Positions 61,761-64,000 of a DNA stretch of 64,000 nucleotides are shown here, in pieces. How positions within the stretch are numbered: the first letter of the stretch is position 1; every line of letters starts with the position of its first letter. This DNA is from Vermamoeba vermiformis (taxonomy: Eukaryota). The translations under genes were made by a program, and so were the position numbers. A model generated the notes under the pieces. That model worked only from the letters and a program-made list of their open reading frames with translations, made no database searches and was not told the DNA's origin. The DNA lies in the NCBI GenBank assembly GCA_045837725.1, contig JBEWZL010000253.1, positions 1 through 64,000 on the forward strand. Reading direction: 5' to 3'.

Positions 61761-64000
61761 ATGGGACAGCAGTTCTCTGATAACAAAGCTTTTATTAACC
61801 GATCAACGAAAAAGAAACGTGGATTAGGGAAAGCTTTGGTCGTAAGTTAGTTTAAATATCAATAAATTAATATTAATAATACTAGAGTATTTGAGGTAGC
61901 ATTTTTCTTCAATTACAAGCACGGCAAATCAAATTGAATCTTCTATTTTATTCAAAAAATTCGTGCCAATTCAAGCAGTCATTTAATATTAATATCTCTG
62001 TTAGAATCCATCATTATTAAGCCCCGCGCAATTAATACCCGGAGATTTGCCGCAAGAAATACTCGTGTTCATTTTTCAATTTTTGGATCTTAACAGTTTC
62101 TACTACTGTGCTTTTTGCTGCAAGTCCTGGTTCGAAGCAGCGTTAATTTCATATCAAGTAGGTCCTATAATCAACGAGTATAATATATTATCTCTTTCTA
62201 ACGTATTTTTAGAATCAATATTTGAAACGCTATTTACCGCCGCCTGATCCGACTGCAATAATCGACTGGAGGGCTTTGTATAATAGACAAAAGAAGATTG
62301 AAGATAATATCATTGAAGGAAGGTACGTAAATATCTTAATACTGAGTTTTTAGTTAAATCCGGTTGTAAAGTACTCGAACTTTTTTGAGACGGCGCTTAT
62401 TTATTATTGTATAATAGATACTGGGCCGAAGCATATGCATCAAATTATATCATTTATGAAATTAATAACGATGAAGTAGTGTATTCAGCGAGCTATTATA
62501 ACGACCAACTCATTTACAACATTGCGATATCCAAAGAAACGTAAAACAAGCTCAAATTTGATTAATTATAGTATATTAACATCATATTATTCGTTGTATA
62601 GAAGACTAGGCAATACATCGAAGTACAATATGGAAGGGTATCATATAGATCTCAATACAAGGCAAGTGAACAGATCTGATCGCTACGGCCAAGACTTTGC
62701 AAATGGATATATTATAGAAGGTGATACAACTACTAAATGGTGGTTTGTTGATGGTGCTTCGATCAACGTGTACGATGCTACAGGCAAAACATTTCTCAGA
62801 AAAATCGGTACGAATTGTTATTTGGCTTAGAATAGCATTAACATTACATTTAATATTAGATATGTGTTAATACAGAGTATTATACAGAGAGGCACGAAAG
62901 GGAATCCAGTTTTGGGTCGTATTATTTGATGAAGCCGAATCTGGACGGATCAGCTGAAGTTCTTACGCATGAAAAGTCGTCGTTGATTCAAGGCAAAGAC
63001 CTGCTTAAATACAAGAAATTTAATGTAGAAATATTCAATTTGAATACTGGCGACACGATTTATCGGCAGAAAATTGGAGCGATGGACATTTTAGCTTATT
63101 ACGTACGGCTTAAACGCACTTTATAGCCTCGATATTAATGTAATCGTATAATAGGGCAATCAAGTCTTCTTATTATCGAAAAAAGGCGTTGAAGTATACG
63201 ATCTGGATCAGCAACAAGTTTTAGTCACTTTGGGATCCGACCACAACACGATAATTAAGATCAATGACGATAAGGTATTATTGCATACAATTTTATTATC
63301 ATTATATAATACTATTACGTTGTAGCTCGCCGTTGTCGACAAAAACTTGATCAAGTTTTACGATCTACGTTCGTTCACTGAATTTAATTCAATAACGATC
63401 TACCTGGAAGAAAAAGAACGGGTAAGATTAATATATTCCTATTTTAGTAATATGAACCAGTACGCATTAACGAATACCGTCTCTTTATAGATTTTCGCAG
63501 TTAATTTTGATCGGTGGAAACTGGTCATTGGCATTATAATTGAAGGAAAGCACAGACGATATGAAATCTACGCACTAGACAGCAAAAAATTGCTGCAAAG
63601 ATTGATCAACACGAGCGATCATTCTGACGACAACTTGATCTACTTGCCATCGAATGGAAAAATTGTTACCGATTGTCGGTACGTCTCACTTACGTGAAAT
63701 ATTTCCTAATTTGGTAATAGTAATTGACTTTAATTAGGAATCTGACTGTCTATGACTTCGACGATCATCAAAATTGGAACAAAAAAGTCACGGTACAATT
63801 TTTTGACGTAAGTCAAGCAATACGGATACTATAGTACAAAATTATAGTATTACATATGATTATGCGAATTAATTGTATAATTTACCTTTTACAGGTTGAT
63901 CAGAAGTGGCACAATTACGTTATTAAATCGAAAAACTTGACCAAATTTTGCGAAGAGAAATTAGGACAGCTGTCACAGCTCTGTCACCGCACTTTTTACC
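61761..64000 (+). CDS. MGQ-initiated F-box / propeller protein, divergent paralogue 5, 3'-truncated by window edge
   Basis: MGQQFSDNK...; DLPQEILVFIFQFLDLNSFYYCAFCCKSW; YWAEAY, YGQDFANGY, NFDRWKL, LPSNGKIVTD and NLTVYDF match family motifs. Confidence 0.7.

Noticed and set aside
1-64000. Prokaryotic features (operons, CRISPR arrays, IS elements, prophage) suggested by the phage-type S74 domain
   Set aside because: The sequence is intron-rich and eukaryotic, with no direct-repeat/spacer array, transposase or phage structural genes. The S74 domain is split by spliceosomal introns within a membrane protein.

Overview
This is eukaryotic nuclear DNA: AT-rich and gene-dense, with many short (~35-300 nt) GT-AG introns and the standard genetic code. 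It is probably a protist and possibly an amoebozoan (inference only). The ORF track is fragmented by introns, so I assembled gene models by hand from splice sites and reading phase. Housekeeping genes: a TDG/MUG glycosylase, a DUF4139/4140 protein, two tyrosyl-tRNA synthetase paralogues, BRF1 (carrying a U12-type intron) and a PLP aminotransferase. They are embedded in a cluster of about 12-14 F-box-type genes. Two systems stand out. (1) A spliced gene at 27686-30289(-) encodes a MYRF/MrfA-like type II membrane protein: N-terminal beta-rich domain, S/P/Y/N-rich linker, Peptidase_S74/ICA self-cleaving domain, coiled coil, one TM helix and a plant-receptor-type LRR ectodomain. It is a candidate one-component self-cleaving LRR receptor/transcription factor. 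(2) Three paralogous genes fuse an F-box to an eEF1A-like body whose GTPase motifs are destroyed, a candidate decoy substrate receptor for SCF ligases. Also present: five MGQ-initiated (probably myristoylated) F-box/propeller paralogues, three CaaX microproteins sharing an unrecognised motif, patchy exon homogenisation between paralogues, and a recurring TGACACGTGTCA palindrome. No database searches were run; family calls rest on motif recognition.
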